Shown: positions 1 to 13,875, numbered from the stretch's first letter. The stretch is DNA of 64,000 bases from Eledone cirrhosa (GCA_964016885.1 OZ024743.1:158844001-158908000), one strand, 5' to 3'. Made by a program: numbers and translations. Notes: generated by a model from the letters alone, not told the origin.

Positions 1-220
1 TGAGGAGAAGGGTTGCACACTTTTTTCGGGGGTGTGTGCGACCCCCCAAAGCGCCTCCTCTCTATTGAGGATTTTGTTAAAAATTTTATTTTTTGTTATA
101 TCTTATTTTATTTTTATATTTTGTTATTGCCTCCTCCTTATTGAGGACGCCTTTTTGTGTAAACTCCCTCCTTTGTACTTGTCCCACTTTTGATGCCCTA
201 GTGGCAAATAAAAGAAACAT
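1..220 (+). mobile_element. 3' end of Tx1-type non-LTR retrotransposon (copy T1, cut by window edge)
   Basis: 3' UTR matches those at 1400-1640 and 7625-7872; ends GTGGCAAATAAAAGAAACA then (TATC)n. Confidence 0.8.
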
Positions 221-309
221 ATCTATCTATCTATCTATCTATCTTGTGGCTAATAAAGAAATATAGCGCCCTTGTGGTTAATAAAGAAATATATCTATCT
301 ATCTATCTA

Positions 310-1638
310 TGGGCCGAGTGCAAACTATCCTTGAAAGGTCGAGCGGAGGTGGCGAACACTTTTATAGCGTCCGCTATCTACTACCGCTTGACCATCGTGC
401 CTTTCCAGCCAAAACGCTCGCTAAAATGGAGCGCGTGCTCTTCCAATTCCTTTGGAGGAGGCGGGCTTCTTTGGTGAGAAGATCCATCTGTTGCCAACAC
501 CCTTCCAACGGAGGGCTGGGGTTGCCGTGGCTGACGATGCGCTAACACGCGCTCAGGCTATGGCATCTCTACGTATTCCTCGCCGGACAACCGGTGTGGG
601 CCCCGTTCGTGAGGCGAGCCTTCCCACGACTCGTCTCGCTGACCGAGCTGCAGTCCTGGGTCAAGCAAAGACCGAGAAAAATGGGCGACTGGCACATCTA
701 ATGTGCTCAGGCGCTCACAGCCCTCTGGCAGGCGGGCCCGGCGATCAGTGAAGACTTCACTTCGTCTTTCTATAGAGGGTTGATCCGCAGCAAGTGCGAC
801 GACGCGCTCGTTGAAACTCTAGGTGTAGAGGAAGACGAACTGGCCAGTCTGTTCGTTAGGACCCTCCGCCCGGGACCGATGGACAACTTCCAAAAGTCCC
901 TGGCCTGGCAGTGCTACCGAGGAGCTCTACCAGTTCGAGACAAGCTCCAGAGACGCCCGGGCAGGGACCCTTCGAAAAAGATCTGTCCGAGGTGCGTGCG
1001 AGACGAAGAAACCGTCGCGCACGCATTCGTACACTGCCCGGGCGTTGCTAACCTGTGGGGCTATGTGGAACGACTACTGTCGTGGGTGGGACCAATCCGC
1101 TTGACCACCGAGTACATTGTCACGATCAAACCGCCCCCCCTTCAAAAACGAAGGAGAGGCGGTTTTCCTTTGTGTGATAGCTATGGCGAAAGAGGCTGTA
1201 TGGTGGACAAGGTTGAAAGGGCTGAGGTCAGACACCTTTCTCTCCGGCCAGCAACTGATTCTTCTTTTCAAATACCACTTTAGAAGAAGAATCAGGATGG
1301 AGAGAGAGGTGCTGTACCCCCAGAAAGTTTTATGAAAGGTGGGTGAAAGTGGCGAGAATGGCCCGAGTGAATGGGCCTTCTCTCTATATCAGCCTGTAGG
1401 CTGAGGAAAAGGAGGAGGATAGGAAAGGGGTACAAACTCTTCGTACTCCTGGAGATGAGGGTTGCACATTTTTTCGGGGGTATGTGTTTCCCATATGTAA
1501 TGTCACCCCCTATTGGGGGAAAATCAATTAACTTTTAAATTGTATTTGTGATAGTATTTTACACGTTTTTATTGTATGTAAACTTCCCCCTTTGAATTTG
1601 TCCCCTTCTTTTGTGCCGCTGTGGCTAATAAAGAAACA

Positions 1639-1640
<2 letters not shown>
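310..1640 (+). mobile_element. 5'-truncated Tx1-type element (T2), C-terminal ORF2 plus 3' UTR
   Basis: Frameshifted LSLKGRAEVAN, GGLGLP and CPRC..ETVAHAFVHC (zf-RVT-like) motifs; AATAAAGAAA then (TATC)n; TATC repeats on both sides. Confidence 0.88.
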
Positions 1641-1692
<52 letters not shown>

Positions 1693-1693
<1 letters not shown>

Positions 1694-1815
1694 GGAAAAT
1701 CGACTAACTTTTAAATTCCATCTGTGATAACATTTTACACGTTTTTATTGTATGTAAACTTCCCCCTTTGTATTTGTCCCCTTCTTTTGTGCCCCTGTGG
1801 CTAATAAAGAAATAT
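1693..1815 (+). mobile_element. Tx1 3'-UTR-only insertion (T3)
   Basis: Near copy of 1518-1640 bounded by (TATC)n. Confidence 0.8.
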
Positions 1816-1845
1816 ATCTATCTATCTATCTATTTATCTATCTAT

Positions 1846-3100
1846 CACTTACATAGCGTCCGTCATCTAATACCGCTTGACAGTCGTGCCTTGTCCCCGC
1901 GAATACCTCACCAACTTCCACTGGAAGAAACAGGCTCCATCGGTGAGGAGATCCATCTGCTGTCAACACCCTTCTAACGGAGGGCTGGGCACACGTGTCT
2001 GATGATGCGCAAACTCACGCTGAGGCTACGCAATCTCCAGGTATTCCTGACCGGCGAACCGGTGTGACTTGTTTGTGAGACGAGCTCTTCCACAACTCGT
2101 CTCACTAACAGAGCTGCAGTCCTGGGTCAAGCGAAGAGCGAAAATAGACGCCTGGCACCTCGAGTGCCTTCAGGAGCTCACAGCCCTCTACCAAGCGGAA
2201 ACGGCAATCAGCGGACACTCCACTTCGACATTCTATAGGGGATTAGTGGAGGATAAGTGCGACGACGTTCTCTAGGCATCGAGGAAGACGAATTGACCAG
2301 TCTGTTCGGGAGGACTTCCCATCCAGGGCATATGGATAACTTCCAGAGGTCTCTGGCCTGGCACTGCTACCGAGGAGCTCTACCAGTTCGAGACAAAATC
2401 TACAAGCACGGACGCCCTGGCAGAGATTCTGACAAAAGGACCTGTCCATGATGCGAGCATGACATCGAAACCGTTCTGCACGCAATTGTTCAGTGCCCAG
2501 GGGTGACCGACCTGTGGAATTATGTCGAACAGCTACTGTCACGTGTGGGACTCATCCAGTTGTCAGCCGAGTCCATCGTGAAGATCACCAACAGCCTTCA
2601 TTTAAGAATGAAGGAGAGGTGGTCTTCCTCTGTCTGGTGGCTATGGCGAAAGAGGTAATATGGTGGACGAGGTTAAAAGGACTGAGGGAAAACACCTCTC
2701 TATTCGGATAACAACTCACCCCTTCTTTAAGTACCACTTCAGAAGGAAGGTTTGAGTGGATAGAGAGGTACTACACCCCAGTAATTTCGCTGAAAGGTGA
2801 GTGAATGTGGCAAAAATGGCCCGAGTGAATGGGCCTGCTCTGTATATAAACCTGTAGGTTGAGGAAAATAAACAGAGGGAAGACGGGAACACCTACAGAA
2901 CGTGTTCCTGGTGTTGAGGGTGGTTCTATTCTCGGGATGTAAAACAACCCCGCAGTAGCGTTTCTCCCTAATGGGGATTTCAATTATTTTATATATAGTT
3001 TATTGTTATTTATCATTGTTAAAGATTGTATGTAAAACCCCCGCCGTCACGTCTTGTAATGTCCCATTTTTGTGCGCCCTTGTGGCAAATAAAGAAATAT
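1846..3100 (+). mobile_element. 5'-truncated, decayed Tx1-type element (T4)
   Basis: MDNFQRSLAWHCYRGALPVRDK and RTCP motifs homologous to T2; AATAAAGAAA followed by (TATC)n. Confidence 0.87.
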
Positions 3101-3124
3101 ATATCTCTCTCTATCTATCTGGTT

Positions 3125-3226
<102 letters not shown>

Positions 3227-3432
3227 TTCGGTGAAGATAGACGTGTTTTTGTTTCGCTCCTGCATTTTGTCGGAATTTATTACGAGAAGCGGTAGGTTTG
3301 TTTAAGCTACTTGTTATTTGTTGTGTTTAACCCCTCGCCTGGGCCTACAGACGTTGGGTAAAGTAAATTTCGCCCCTTTTTGGGGCGAAATTTGATAGTT
3401 ATAAGTTGTCGATAAAAAGTCGTTTAGTGACA

Positions 3433-5254
3433 ATGGACGCCATTAATTCGACGCATGTCACGCCCCCCAAGGAAAGTGATAGAGATAAGGTAGCAGCACA
3501 ACGCTGTAAGCCTTCCCTCCTCACTCCCGCAAAAGACACCACGGAATCAAAAGAAAAAATTGTGGAAATGGGTGAAAACCCCAAAAGTAACAATTACACA
3601 AACAAGAACAACAATGACAATAACAACACAACCAACAACAGCAACAATGACAATAACAACACAACCAACAACAGCAATAATGACAACACCAACAAAGGAA
3701 AAAAGCAAGCCAACACGAATAACAACAACAACAATGATAACAACACGAAAGAAAACGGACCCACAGCTGCAGTCTCCTTCGCACAGGCGGTCCGAGAAAC
3801 GTAGACATACAAGGCTCTAGACATCTCGAATGCCAAGAAATTGCTGAAAGAAGCAAGGAATTGTGTAAGTTTCGGGGAAGGTGGGGAATTCACAATTACC
3901 TCCCCCGAAGATATTAGAAGAGACACAGTCCTCAGGACCGTAATCTTTAGGACAGTTTCGAACACGACTAGGAAACCGGCTCAATTGTCCCAAAGCGAAA
4001 TTGAGCTGGTCCTAAGTAGTGCCTGGAAGGATATCGCTTTCATACAGAAAGGGAAACTGTATGGAAGCATATCTGTTTTAATGCAAGTTGAATTGGCGGC
4101 ACGGAAATATTCTGTGTCGCCAATTGTATCCAAAGCATACACCTTTTTCTCCACATATTTGGGGAAAAGAACTCAAAAGATAAGAATCTCGGGCATCAGG
4201 CCAAATGCGAGCATTTGGTGGGTGCTAACGGGATTCTTAGAAGATAAGGACACAATCCTTTCGATAGGCGAATCCACCGGGGGCGTATTCGGCGGCAATA
4301 GCCTTGAAGTTTTGGTCCAAATGAGACCAGAACGGATAGCAAGAATACCGCAGCGTGTGTCCCTGGATGGAGTCACCTTCATAAACATTTCTGTTGAGGG
4401 CAGGCGGCCTTCATGCTACCACTGTTCAAGAAGTGGTTACCTGAGGGCTTCCTGTCCCCTTTTAAATGCCCCCCCCCTAAAAAAATGACGCTTCTACCCA
4501 CCCCACACACAACAACACAACCACCACCAGAACAACAACCACAACAACACGAAAAATAACAACACACGACACTGATCCACCCAACCCCACCCCACCTAAA
4601 ACAAATACAAAAGCAACCACAACAAAACCCAAAAATATACCCCTCCCCAACAACACGGACGAGGACCCCTTAACAACGTCACCCAGTGACGACGAGGGAG
4701 GACCCTTTCAACCGGTAAAAAGAAAGAAAAGAAGGCACCACATCAACAAAAATGCAACAAACACACAACCACCAGCACAAACAGAACAAACATCACAAAC
4801 AAAAAACCCACCCCTCCCGAAAACATAACACATACTACAAAACGCAAACACACACAAGAACAACAAACAAAAGCAAACACAACACAACAAAAACAGTATA
4901 CATACATCAACACAAACAATAGACAAAGACCCTTCGGTGGAAACCGAAGGGAAAATGTTCACCAACGCGGCGACTAAACCGCATTTAAAAATGATTAGGG
5001 TCCCAAGGGACACCTACACAATGCTCAAACAGAACTTTACCGAGGATGTGGGGAACCCCTGTACTAGACCTAGCAACCGCGTCCTCTTGAAATGTTTCCC
5101 TACCACCACCCCAGACACGCCTCCCCCACCAAACACCCCTAGCCCACCACACACTGATGTCCCCACCACATCCCAAACCACCACCCCACCAAACAACCCC
5201 GCCGATACCCCCATGGAAATTGTGCAGCCTGGTCCCCGGGAGAAGGACAGGTAG
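3433..5254 (+). pseudogene. T5 ORF1 (gag-like RNA-binding protein; stop at 3804 and frameshifts)
   Basis: SFAQAV motif, VEGRRPSCYHCSRSGYLRASCP (CX2CX4HX4C with H to Y), Asn- and Thr/Pro-rich low-complexity tracts. Confidence 0.8.
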
Positions 5255-5297
5255 GTGTCTTTTTCTTTTTCTCCACTCTAAACTCTTCACCACCAAC

Positions 5298-7625
5298 ATG
5301 GCTGTTATAAGAGTTGGATGTATAAATGTGCGCGGCCCGGGGATGTCCTGGAAGCAGGGCAAACTCTTAAATGACCTCAGGTCGCACAGAATGGATGTGA
5401 TAGCGATTTGCGAGTCCAGGATCAGCAGCGAGCACCATCTTCGACGACTTTGAGATCTATGCATCTCTCTGTCAGCCGGGGGGTGGGGGCGGGGTGGTCG
5501 TTCTACTGCGAAAACACCTGGGCCTCGCACCACGAAAGGTACACCTGGACCCGGAAGGTCGACTGGTGGTTCTAGACATCGGCAGTAGTGAAGGTGGAGC
5601 CTTCAGGCTGGTGGCAGCGTATGCCCCATCTGGGACACCGCGACCGGACTTCTTCCAGGGTCTAGAGACTTTTCTGGGAACGTCTCGCTCCTTGCTTTTA
5701 GTGGGGCACTGGAATGGTATCATGGATGCGCGTTGGGACTATGTAGGGGCATGTCCGAATAGAGGGAGTGTAACAGCCTCAAACGGTTAATCGGCCGATT
5801 TGATCTGGCCGATAGATATCGACTAGATTTTCCGACTGTGCCACTGTGGACGTGGACTAATCGTAGCGGAACATCTAGGTCGTACCTAGATAGGTTCCTA
5901 GTTAGAAATAAGGATAGGGACATATTAAGCTGTCCACGAATGTTCATGGTTGACTATTCGGATCACAAGTTGGTGACCGGTATGGTCAACCTTGATAGAA
6001 CCCATAGACAAGAACCCGGTTACTGGAAGCTAAACTTGTCCTTACCGACAAACAAAGCTTACAGTAAGCGGATTATCACTCTAGTTAAGCAGCGGTTGAC
6101 TGGGGCAATTGTCAACAGCAGGTGTTGGGGCTCTCTCAAGAGAGAAATTAGAATAGAATCGATAGGTTTTAGTCAGGAATTAGCATCAGATAGGAATAGA
6201 ACTGAAATGGAATTGATAGATAGAGTAGAAGAGGTGATTAGGAGTGGCAACGTGGCCGGCGTGCTGGCGTCAACTACGGCCCTAGATCAGTTCTTTGATG
6301 CGAAGCACGAGGGCTGCGTTGTCAGGAGTAAAATACGTGCTCTGGGTAACGAGGGAGCCAAAGCTGTTAGCTGGGCGCGAGTGACAGAGGCAAGAAGTGG
6401 AAACAAGTCCACGATTCAGTCTTTGAAGGACCAGGATGGATGCGGGATCCTTGAACCTGAGCGGATGTGCGCGGTCTTTCAACGGCGCTTTGCACGACTG
6501 TTCGGGAGGAGCGGCGGGCCGGGTGAGACCATGAATTTCGGTCCATACCTCGACGGTCTGCCGCGGCTCTCGGACAGGTAGGCGAAGTCCTGCGAAAAGT
6601 CGATTTCAGCCGCTGAATTAGTGGAAGCGTTGAGCCAATGCGGCAAACGCAAATCTCCTGGTCTCGATGGTCTACCATACGAAATTTATGTAGCGATGCG
6701 GGACTTGTTCTCCGATCTCCTCGAGGCGGTCTACTGCAATCCTGTCCAGGTCCATACACGATAACCTCCACCACATGCGATACATCGTAGAGAGGGTAGG
6801 GAACGAACCCGGCTTTGGTGGGCCCCTGATCAACTTGGATCAATCTAAGGCGTTCGATAGGGTCGACCATCGGTACCTGGATACGGTGCTCGCGGCGGCA
6901 GGCTTTGGACCCGTTTTCAGGGGCTGGATTGCTGCAATGCACAGCAGCAACACCTGCTCGAGGGTCAAGGTGAACGGTTACGTCTCAGAGCCGTTCCAAA
7001 TCGCGCGATCCATCTGACAGGGATGCCCTCTCTCCTCCCTTCTGTATGTGCTGGCTCTCGAGCCACTACTGCGGAAGTTGAAGCTGTTGCAGGGAATCCC
7101 CCTGGAACTGGGATTGAGGAAAGCGGTGTCGGCCTACGCCGATGACGTGACAGTAATGGTGTCGTGCGCCTCGGAAATCGGCACCTTACTGGAGGAATAC
7201 GAAAGGTTTACAGGAGCCAAGCTGAACCGGGACAAGTCCGTCGGTTTGCAACTCGGAACGTGGAGAGGCAAACCGATGCCCTCCGACGGCGGCGTCGGAC
7301 GCTGGACGGAGGGACCGGTGAAGCTGCTCGGGGTCTGGTTCGGATCAGATCTCCAGGCGAAGAAAAACTGGGACGAGGTAACGGGCATGGTATTTGCACT
7401 CGCCCAGTAGTGAGCCGAGTGCAAACTATCCCTGAAAGGGCGAGTGGAGGTGGCGAACACTTATATAGCGTCCGTCATCTACTACCGCTTGACCGTCGTG
7501 CCTTTCCCTGCGAAAACGCTCGGCAAAATGGAGGTACTGTACCCCAGCAAGTTTTATGAAAGGTGGGTGAAAGTGGCGAGAATGGCCCGAGTGAATGGGC
7601 CTTCTCTCTATATCAGACTGTAGGT
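5298..7625 (+). pseudogene. T5 ORF2 (AP endonuclease + reverse transcriptase), disrupted
   Basis: INVRG, DVIAICES, YAP, SYLDRF, SDHK (APE); KSPGLDGLP, LDQSKAFDRVDH, QGCPLS, AYADD (RT). Confidence 0.92.
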
Positions 7626-7894
7626 GAGAGAGGAGAAGAAGGAGGAGAGGAATGGAGCACCCGCTCTTTGGGCTCCTGAGGAGGAGGGTTGCACATATTT
7701 TTCGGGGGTGTGTGCGACCCACGTCGGGGGTGTGTGCGACTCCCTATTGAGGACTTCGATTGTTGAATTTGATTTGTTATATGTTTTTACACATCCTTTG
7801 AAATGTATGTAACCCCTTCCCCCTTGTATTTGTCCCAATCTTTGATGCCCTGGTGGCAAATAAATAGAAAGTTATCTATCTATTTATCTATCTC

Positions 7895-9185
7895 TACGGC
7901 CAAGGTGTTTGCACTCACCCAGAAGTGGGCAGACTGCAAACTGTCCTTGAAAGGCCGAGCGGAGGTGGCGAACACTTTCAGAGCGTCCGTCATCTACTAC
8001 CGCTTGGCTGTCGTGCCTTGTCCCCGTGAACACCTCGCCAAGATGGAACGCATGCTCTTCCAGTTTCTGTGGAAGAAGCCGGCTCCGCCTGTGAGGAGAT
8101 CCGTCTGCTGTCAGCACCCTTCCAACGGAGGGCTGGGAATGCGGTGTGGGCACCATTTGTGAGACAGGCTTTCCCACAGCTCGTCTCGCTGACGGAGCTG
8201 CAGTCCTGGGTCAAGAAAAGACCGAAAACAATGGGCGCCTGGCACATTGAATGCGCTCAGGTGCTCACAGTCCTCTGGCAAGCGGGCGCAGCAATCAGTG
8301 GAGACTCCACTTCGACATTCTATAGAGGGATTATACGTTACAAGGGCGACGACGTGCTCGGAGAGACTCTGGGCGTCGAAGACGATGAGCTCACCACTCT
8401 GTTTGGTAGGACTTTCCGCCCGGGACCTATGGACAACTTCCAGAGCTCCCTGGTCTGGCAGTGCTACCGAGGAGCTCTACCGGTTCGTGACAAGATCTAC
8501 AGGCATGGACGCCCCGGCAGCGATCCTTCCAAGAGGACGTGTCCAAGATGCGCGCAGGACATTGAAACAGTCCTGCACGCAATTGTACACTGCTCGGGCG
8601 TAACGCACCTGTGGAACTATGCAGAACAACTGCTGTCGCGTATGGGACAAATCCAGTTGACTGCCGAGTCCATAGTAAACCGCCAGCCTCTTTCAAAAAC
8701 GAAAGAGAGGCGGTTTTCCTCTGTACGGTGGCTATGGTAAAAGAAGTTATAAGGTGGACGAGGTTGAGAGGACTGAGGACAGATGCCTTTCTCTCCGGCA
8801 ACAATTGATTCCCTTCTTTAAGTATCACTTTAGAAGGAGAATCAGGGTGGAGAGAGAGGCACTGCACCCCAGTAAATTTACTGAAAGGTGGGTGAATGAA
8901 GCGAAAATGGCCCGAGTGATTGGGCCTTCTCTGTTTATAAGCCTGTAGGTTGAGGAAGAGGGCAAAAGGAAGAAAGGTGCACTTGCACAACACGCTCCCG
9001 AAGTTGAGGGTTGTTCTTTCTACGGGGTATTAAACAACCCATTTGTGTCGCCTCCCCCCTATTGGGGATTTCGATTGTTGTAATTGTTTGTTTTTATATT
9101 TTTTACACGACTGTATGTAAAATCCCCGGCATGTCTTTGTATTGTCTCCTTTTCTTGTGCGCCCTTTTGGCTAATAAAGAAATCT
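7895..9185 (+). mobile_element. 5'-truncated Tx1-type element (T6)
   Basis: KLSLKGRAEVAN, CPRCAQDIETVLHAIVHC; ends GGCTAATAAAGAAATCTATC. Confidence 0.88.
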
Positions 9186-9289
9186 ATCTATTTGTCTGTC
9201 TGTCTATATGCGTGTTTGTCTCTCATCTTGTCCATCTATTTATTTGTCAGTTAGCCTGTATCTCTGTCTGTCTCTATGTATGTTCTTTT

Positions 9290-9449
9290 AGTTTTATTAT
9301 TTTATAAATATAGTTTTATTATTTTACAGATATCCTCCAATAGAGAGTGTCAGTTTCTAGCATAGAAACAATACACTTTAATTGGAATTTAGACACCATC
9401 AACTAGGTAAATACGCATGTATTTCTGAATGTGTTTATGTGTGTATGTG

Positions 9450-9546
<97 letters not shown>

Positions 9547-10068
9547 ATCTGTGTGTGTGTGTGTGTAGTTGTGTGGGTAGGTTGTATGTGAGGATTTGTA
9601 TATTTTCAGTTATATGTGTAAGCGTGCAAATATTTCTGAATCTATACATGTAGAATTTCTGAAATGTTTCACATATGTTTATGGTTTCATTCATTGACTT
9701 CCTAACAAGCCGTGCTCTTTCTGATTCTATGAAGTCCAGTCTCTCGAGATTTGTACTGAGACACTTATATACCCCAGAGCCCCAATTATCACAGGTACAA
9801 ATCTAAAAGTATAGTCAGGGTGGAGTATCTGGAGATTCCTCAATTCAGCATACATTTTCTTCTTTTCGCTAATCTTTAGTACATTAATTTAGTACTATAA
9901 TGACATCTGCCAAGCAGCAGATTTCCATTACTGTACATGACTCTTTTTCTCTGTCCTATATCTCTATGTCTGGTCTGTTATATTTGCATTTTGTTGGGGT
10001 GTTGACTGGAACATTCCACCAGCAATCTTTCATATGTATGCATATATCCTCCAAATCATGTAACTTTT
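9290..10068 (-). mobile_element. 3' fragment of R4/Dong-clade RLE retrotransposon family C (C1), with (TA)n in its 3' UTR
   Basis: 9340-9420 similar to 10120-10200; 9650-10065 similar to 10330-10750. Confidence 0.7.
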
Positions 10069-10094
10069 TATATGTATGTATTTATGTATGTATG

Positions 10095-13000
10095 TTTTTC
10101 TGGTTTTATAATTTCACAATAGAGAGAGTCGGTTTCTAACATAGACACAATACTCTCTCATTGGAATTTACACAACATAAACTGGGTAGATATGTATGAA
10201 TGCCTGCATGCATGCATGTGTAGATATGGATGTTATTGTATGTGTGGATGTGTATGTTTTGAGTTGTATGTGTGCATGTGTATATACTTTGTATCTGTAC
10301 ATGTGTATATGCAGTTATTAGATGCACAAGTTTTGGAATATTTTACATATTTTTACTGTTCCATTAATGGATTGTACTTGTAATTTCCTAACTAGTTGTG
10401 TTCTTTCTGTTCCTGTGAAGCCTAGCTTCTGAAGATTTGTATTGAGGCAGTTACTAACATATCCCAGTGAACCAATAATCACAGGCATAAATCTGAAGGT
10501 GTAATGAGGGTGGAATATCTGCAGATTTCTCATCCGTTCTGCATAAATATTCTCCTTTTCGCTAATCTTTGATATTATATTAGCATCTGCTGGACAGCTA
10601 ACTTCCACTACCGTGCATGCTTTCTTTTTCCTGTCCCATATAATATCTGGTCTGTTATGCCTGCATTTTTTGGGGGTTTTTTACTCGAACATTCCACAGT
10701 ACTCTTTCATATTATGTATATGGATGTCTTCCACATTCCTGTAGCTTTTAATGTGTTTATTATCTATTATCGGGGCTATCTTTTCTACGGATTGCATTGT
10801 TTTGACCACTACATCATACCTCATAGGTAGATAGTACCGCGATGACATCTTTGGGCAGCTGGTGATGACATGGGTGACATCCTCGATTTAATTCTGCAGA
10901 GTCTGCAATTTTTATCACATCTAGGTGTTTTGCCTGCATCCCTATCTCTTTTGTGAATCAGGTATTTCGTGTTAATCTCCTGTTCTTGTATTGCAAAAGC
11001 GAATCCTTCAAAGTGGGAGCTAATATAGCGGTTGTTGCTCCAAGATAGACTACTTTCCTTATCTATATTACTCTCACTCTGGAGCTTCCTGGCAACATAT
11101 CCATGCATCATTTTTGCTGATAAGCATCCAGCTTTTCATCCATGGATTCACTGCGATACTGCTGAGCGACTTTCCTGGGTGTGAGTTTTTGATTATCACA
11201 CAGGGAATATCTCTCGAGGAGTTCCTTCCCAACTCTCATGATCCTCTCTGTTTCATGCAGATAGACTTGCTCGAGAAGCGGGCTCCTACGCTTCGAGGTT
11301 CGTAGATGTTGTCGGAGAGATATGATGCGACATTCAAATGTTGTCTGGACTGATGTTAGGCCTCTGCCTCCCTGCTTACGTTTCAAGTAAAGGCGGTCTA
11401 TGTCACGGTTGATGTGGAAGTTTACGGTGTTGTTTAGTATTTTTCGAGTTCTAACATGAACTGCTCGGATTTCATCTATCGTCCAATTGAGTATTCCAAA
11501 CGTTGGTGTTAGGACAGGCACAGCAAACACATTGTGAGCCACTGTTTTGTTTTTCGCAGAGAGTTCCGATGACCAAATCTTTCTTAATCGGGTGTAGTAT
11601 TCCTTGGTTATGCGTTCCTTATTACATATACTATTATAGGATATGTTCTCATCTATTCCCAGGTATCTGTAGCAGTCCTCATCAGTCATCGCGGAATCAG
11701 TTAGGCCATTGATGACAATGTTTCTAGATTGGGTTGTTGTTTTCCCCCGAATACAGTCATATATGAACATTTATCTTGGCCAAACTCCATTGAGAACGTT
11801 GTAACCAGGTCAAGATTTTTCTTCATCCCATCCATGTTCTTGGCATAGAGTTTCAGATCATCCACAAAGAAATTATGGGTTAGGTTCGTATTTCTGTCCT
11901 CCTGTGAGCCAATGATGTATCCTTCACATTTCTTGAGGGGTTTAATGAGAGGATGAATAATATCACAGAGAGACTGTCTCCTTGAAATATACTCCTGCGA
12001 CATTTTATTTTATCAGTGAAAATAGAGTCCCCCCTCTCTGTCTTGGATAGTAGACCAAGAAGAAGAGCTTCTCTATGGCTCTTATAATAATGCCTGGGAC
12101 TTTAGCAAGTCGGAGGGCCTCTATCATCCAAGAGTGGGGAACATAATCGAAAGCTTTCCTGTAGTCCACCCAGACTCTAGCCATATTCCTCCTAAGTTGT
12201 CGCACCTCCGACATCGCAGTTTTGTTGATTAGGAGTTGTTCAGCACATCCCCAAACCCTTTCTTTCCAGCTGCTTGTTCATCTGTGATGATGTTATTATT
12301 TTCACAATGATCTTGGAGGAATAGGTTCAGGCAGGCTTTATACATCTTATAGATCAGGTTCTGGCATGCAATAGGTCGGTAGGTTTTTTGCCAAGTGGGT
12401 GACTTTTTTCTTGCGGACCAGTAATGTTTGTGCTAACGTCATATCTCTATAGACTGATGTTTGGTTTCGTATGAATCTTTTATTAAGCACTTTTCTTTAA
12501 TCTACCTTCTTCAGCTATCGGCGTTTTTCGCTAACAGCTCTCAATTCTTGTTTGAGGGTGATCAGCTTATATTGAAGAGTTCTGGTTCTACTGTTACCAA
12601 ACATCGTCTCTATTTTATTTTTCACTCTTTGTTGGTGAGGAGTGAGTTTGTTTTGTGTTTGTTTGAATGTAAGGAGCATTGTCACATATCCTATGGTTTT
12701 TCGTAGGTCAGCAATCCTTTTTCTATTTTACTTACATATGATGGTATTTTTGGTGGTGTTTTGTTCTTGTTAATATCTCTACTATCACCAAAATAATGTT
12801 TCACTGTCGTTGCTAAGGAATATAAACAGGCGTTGATTTGCCAAAATGTTGGCAATATTCGTCGTAAATATTCATCCCCTATTACGTCAATAACACGTAA
12901 TATTTCATCATTTTTTAAAATTTTTTTAAAAAATTAAATATTGTTGTTTTAATACGTTCAGCAAGAGAGATATTTATACATGAATTAATTTTTCTCTGGA

Positions 13001-13270
13001 AGATTTCGTTGAGGGAAATTTTCAATTGTTTATACTTTTGATTAATATCATTATCGATAGTATTTTCCACAACAGTCGAGGTAGACTCGGATGGTACACG
13101 TGGTGTCAAATTTCTTCGATTATTATTATTATCGATAGTGTTTTCCCCAGCACTTGGATGGTGTCAAGTTTCTTACAGGCATAGTTGTTTCAAGGCACTG
13201 TTCGACCTGGCTGCTAGGAAGTCTAGTAGCATTGTGACCTGTAGCACGTGTTGTTGATTCCATGTTTGTT
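10095..13270 (-). mobile_element. Decayed R4/Dong-clade non-LTR retrotransposon family C (C2): RT + CCHC + RLE
   Basis: WVDYRKAFDYVPHSW, FVDDLKLY, YRYLGI, DIDRLYLKRKQGGRGL, AIQEQEINTK, CRLC, EVSCPAD, PVIIGSLG spread over frameshifted ORFs 10318-12214. Confidence 0.85.
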
Positions 13271-13875
13271 GTGGGGGACTTACAATTAATAATATTTATC
13301 TTATTTTTACGTTCAACAAACGTAATTGTTATTTATCTTATTTTTACGTTCAACAAACGTAATTGTTGGCGTAATTGTTTCGCTGTGAAGTGATTTATCT
13401 CTGGGTGTATTTCGTCCAGTGTAGCTTCATTCTGTTCATATAGCCAATGGAGGAATTGTTTTTTACCATTTTATAACAATTAAATAAATCATTATTAAGT
13501 TCGCAACTCCAAGAGAAATGCGATTTATAATTTCGGTTTTTTCTGTAGCTACAACTGAATAAATTTTGTTTACCTTACTCGTTATTTTTCTTCGGTACTT
13601 CCTTAATGTTGTTGTTGCTGATGTTGTGTTCAGCCATGCTGTTTGTAACAAATCCTTGTAAAATGAATTATGTACTTAGTCGGATATCTCTACGAATTCG
13701 AATAAAAGGTGTCTTTAGTAGATATAGGTAGAAGAATATCCAGTTATTCAACATGACTGTAGTTGTGGCATATTGTCGGAGATAGTATTCATCTTAAATT
13801 TAATGTCCCACACCAATATGCGACTGATCGCGTTGACTGACTATGTATGCATGTATGTATGTATGTATGTATGTA

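Larger units (their letters stand above)
3227..7872 (+). mobile_element. 5'-complete Tx1-type non-LTR retrotransposon (T5), decayed, two internal deletions
   Basis: 5' UTR, ORF1 with zinc knuckle, ORF2 with APE and RT, 3' UTR with AATA-rich end, TATC flanks. Confidence 0.9.

Noticed and set aside
5476-5497. G-quadruplex-like run as a regulatory element
   Set aside because: Corresponds to the GGGVAVL codons of the APE domain, also present in T7
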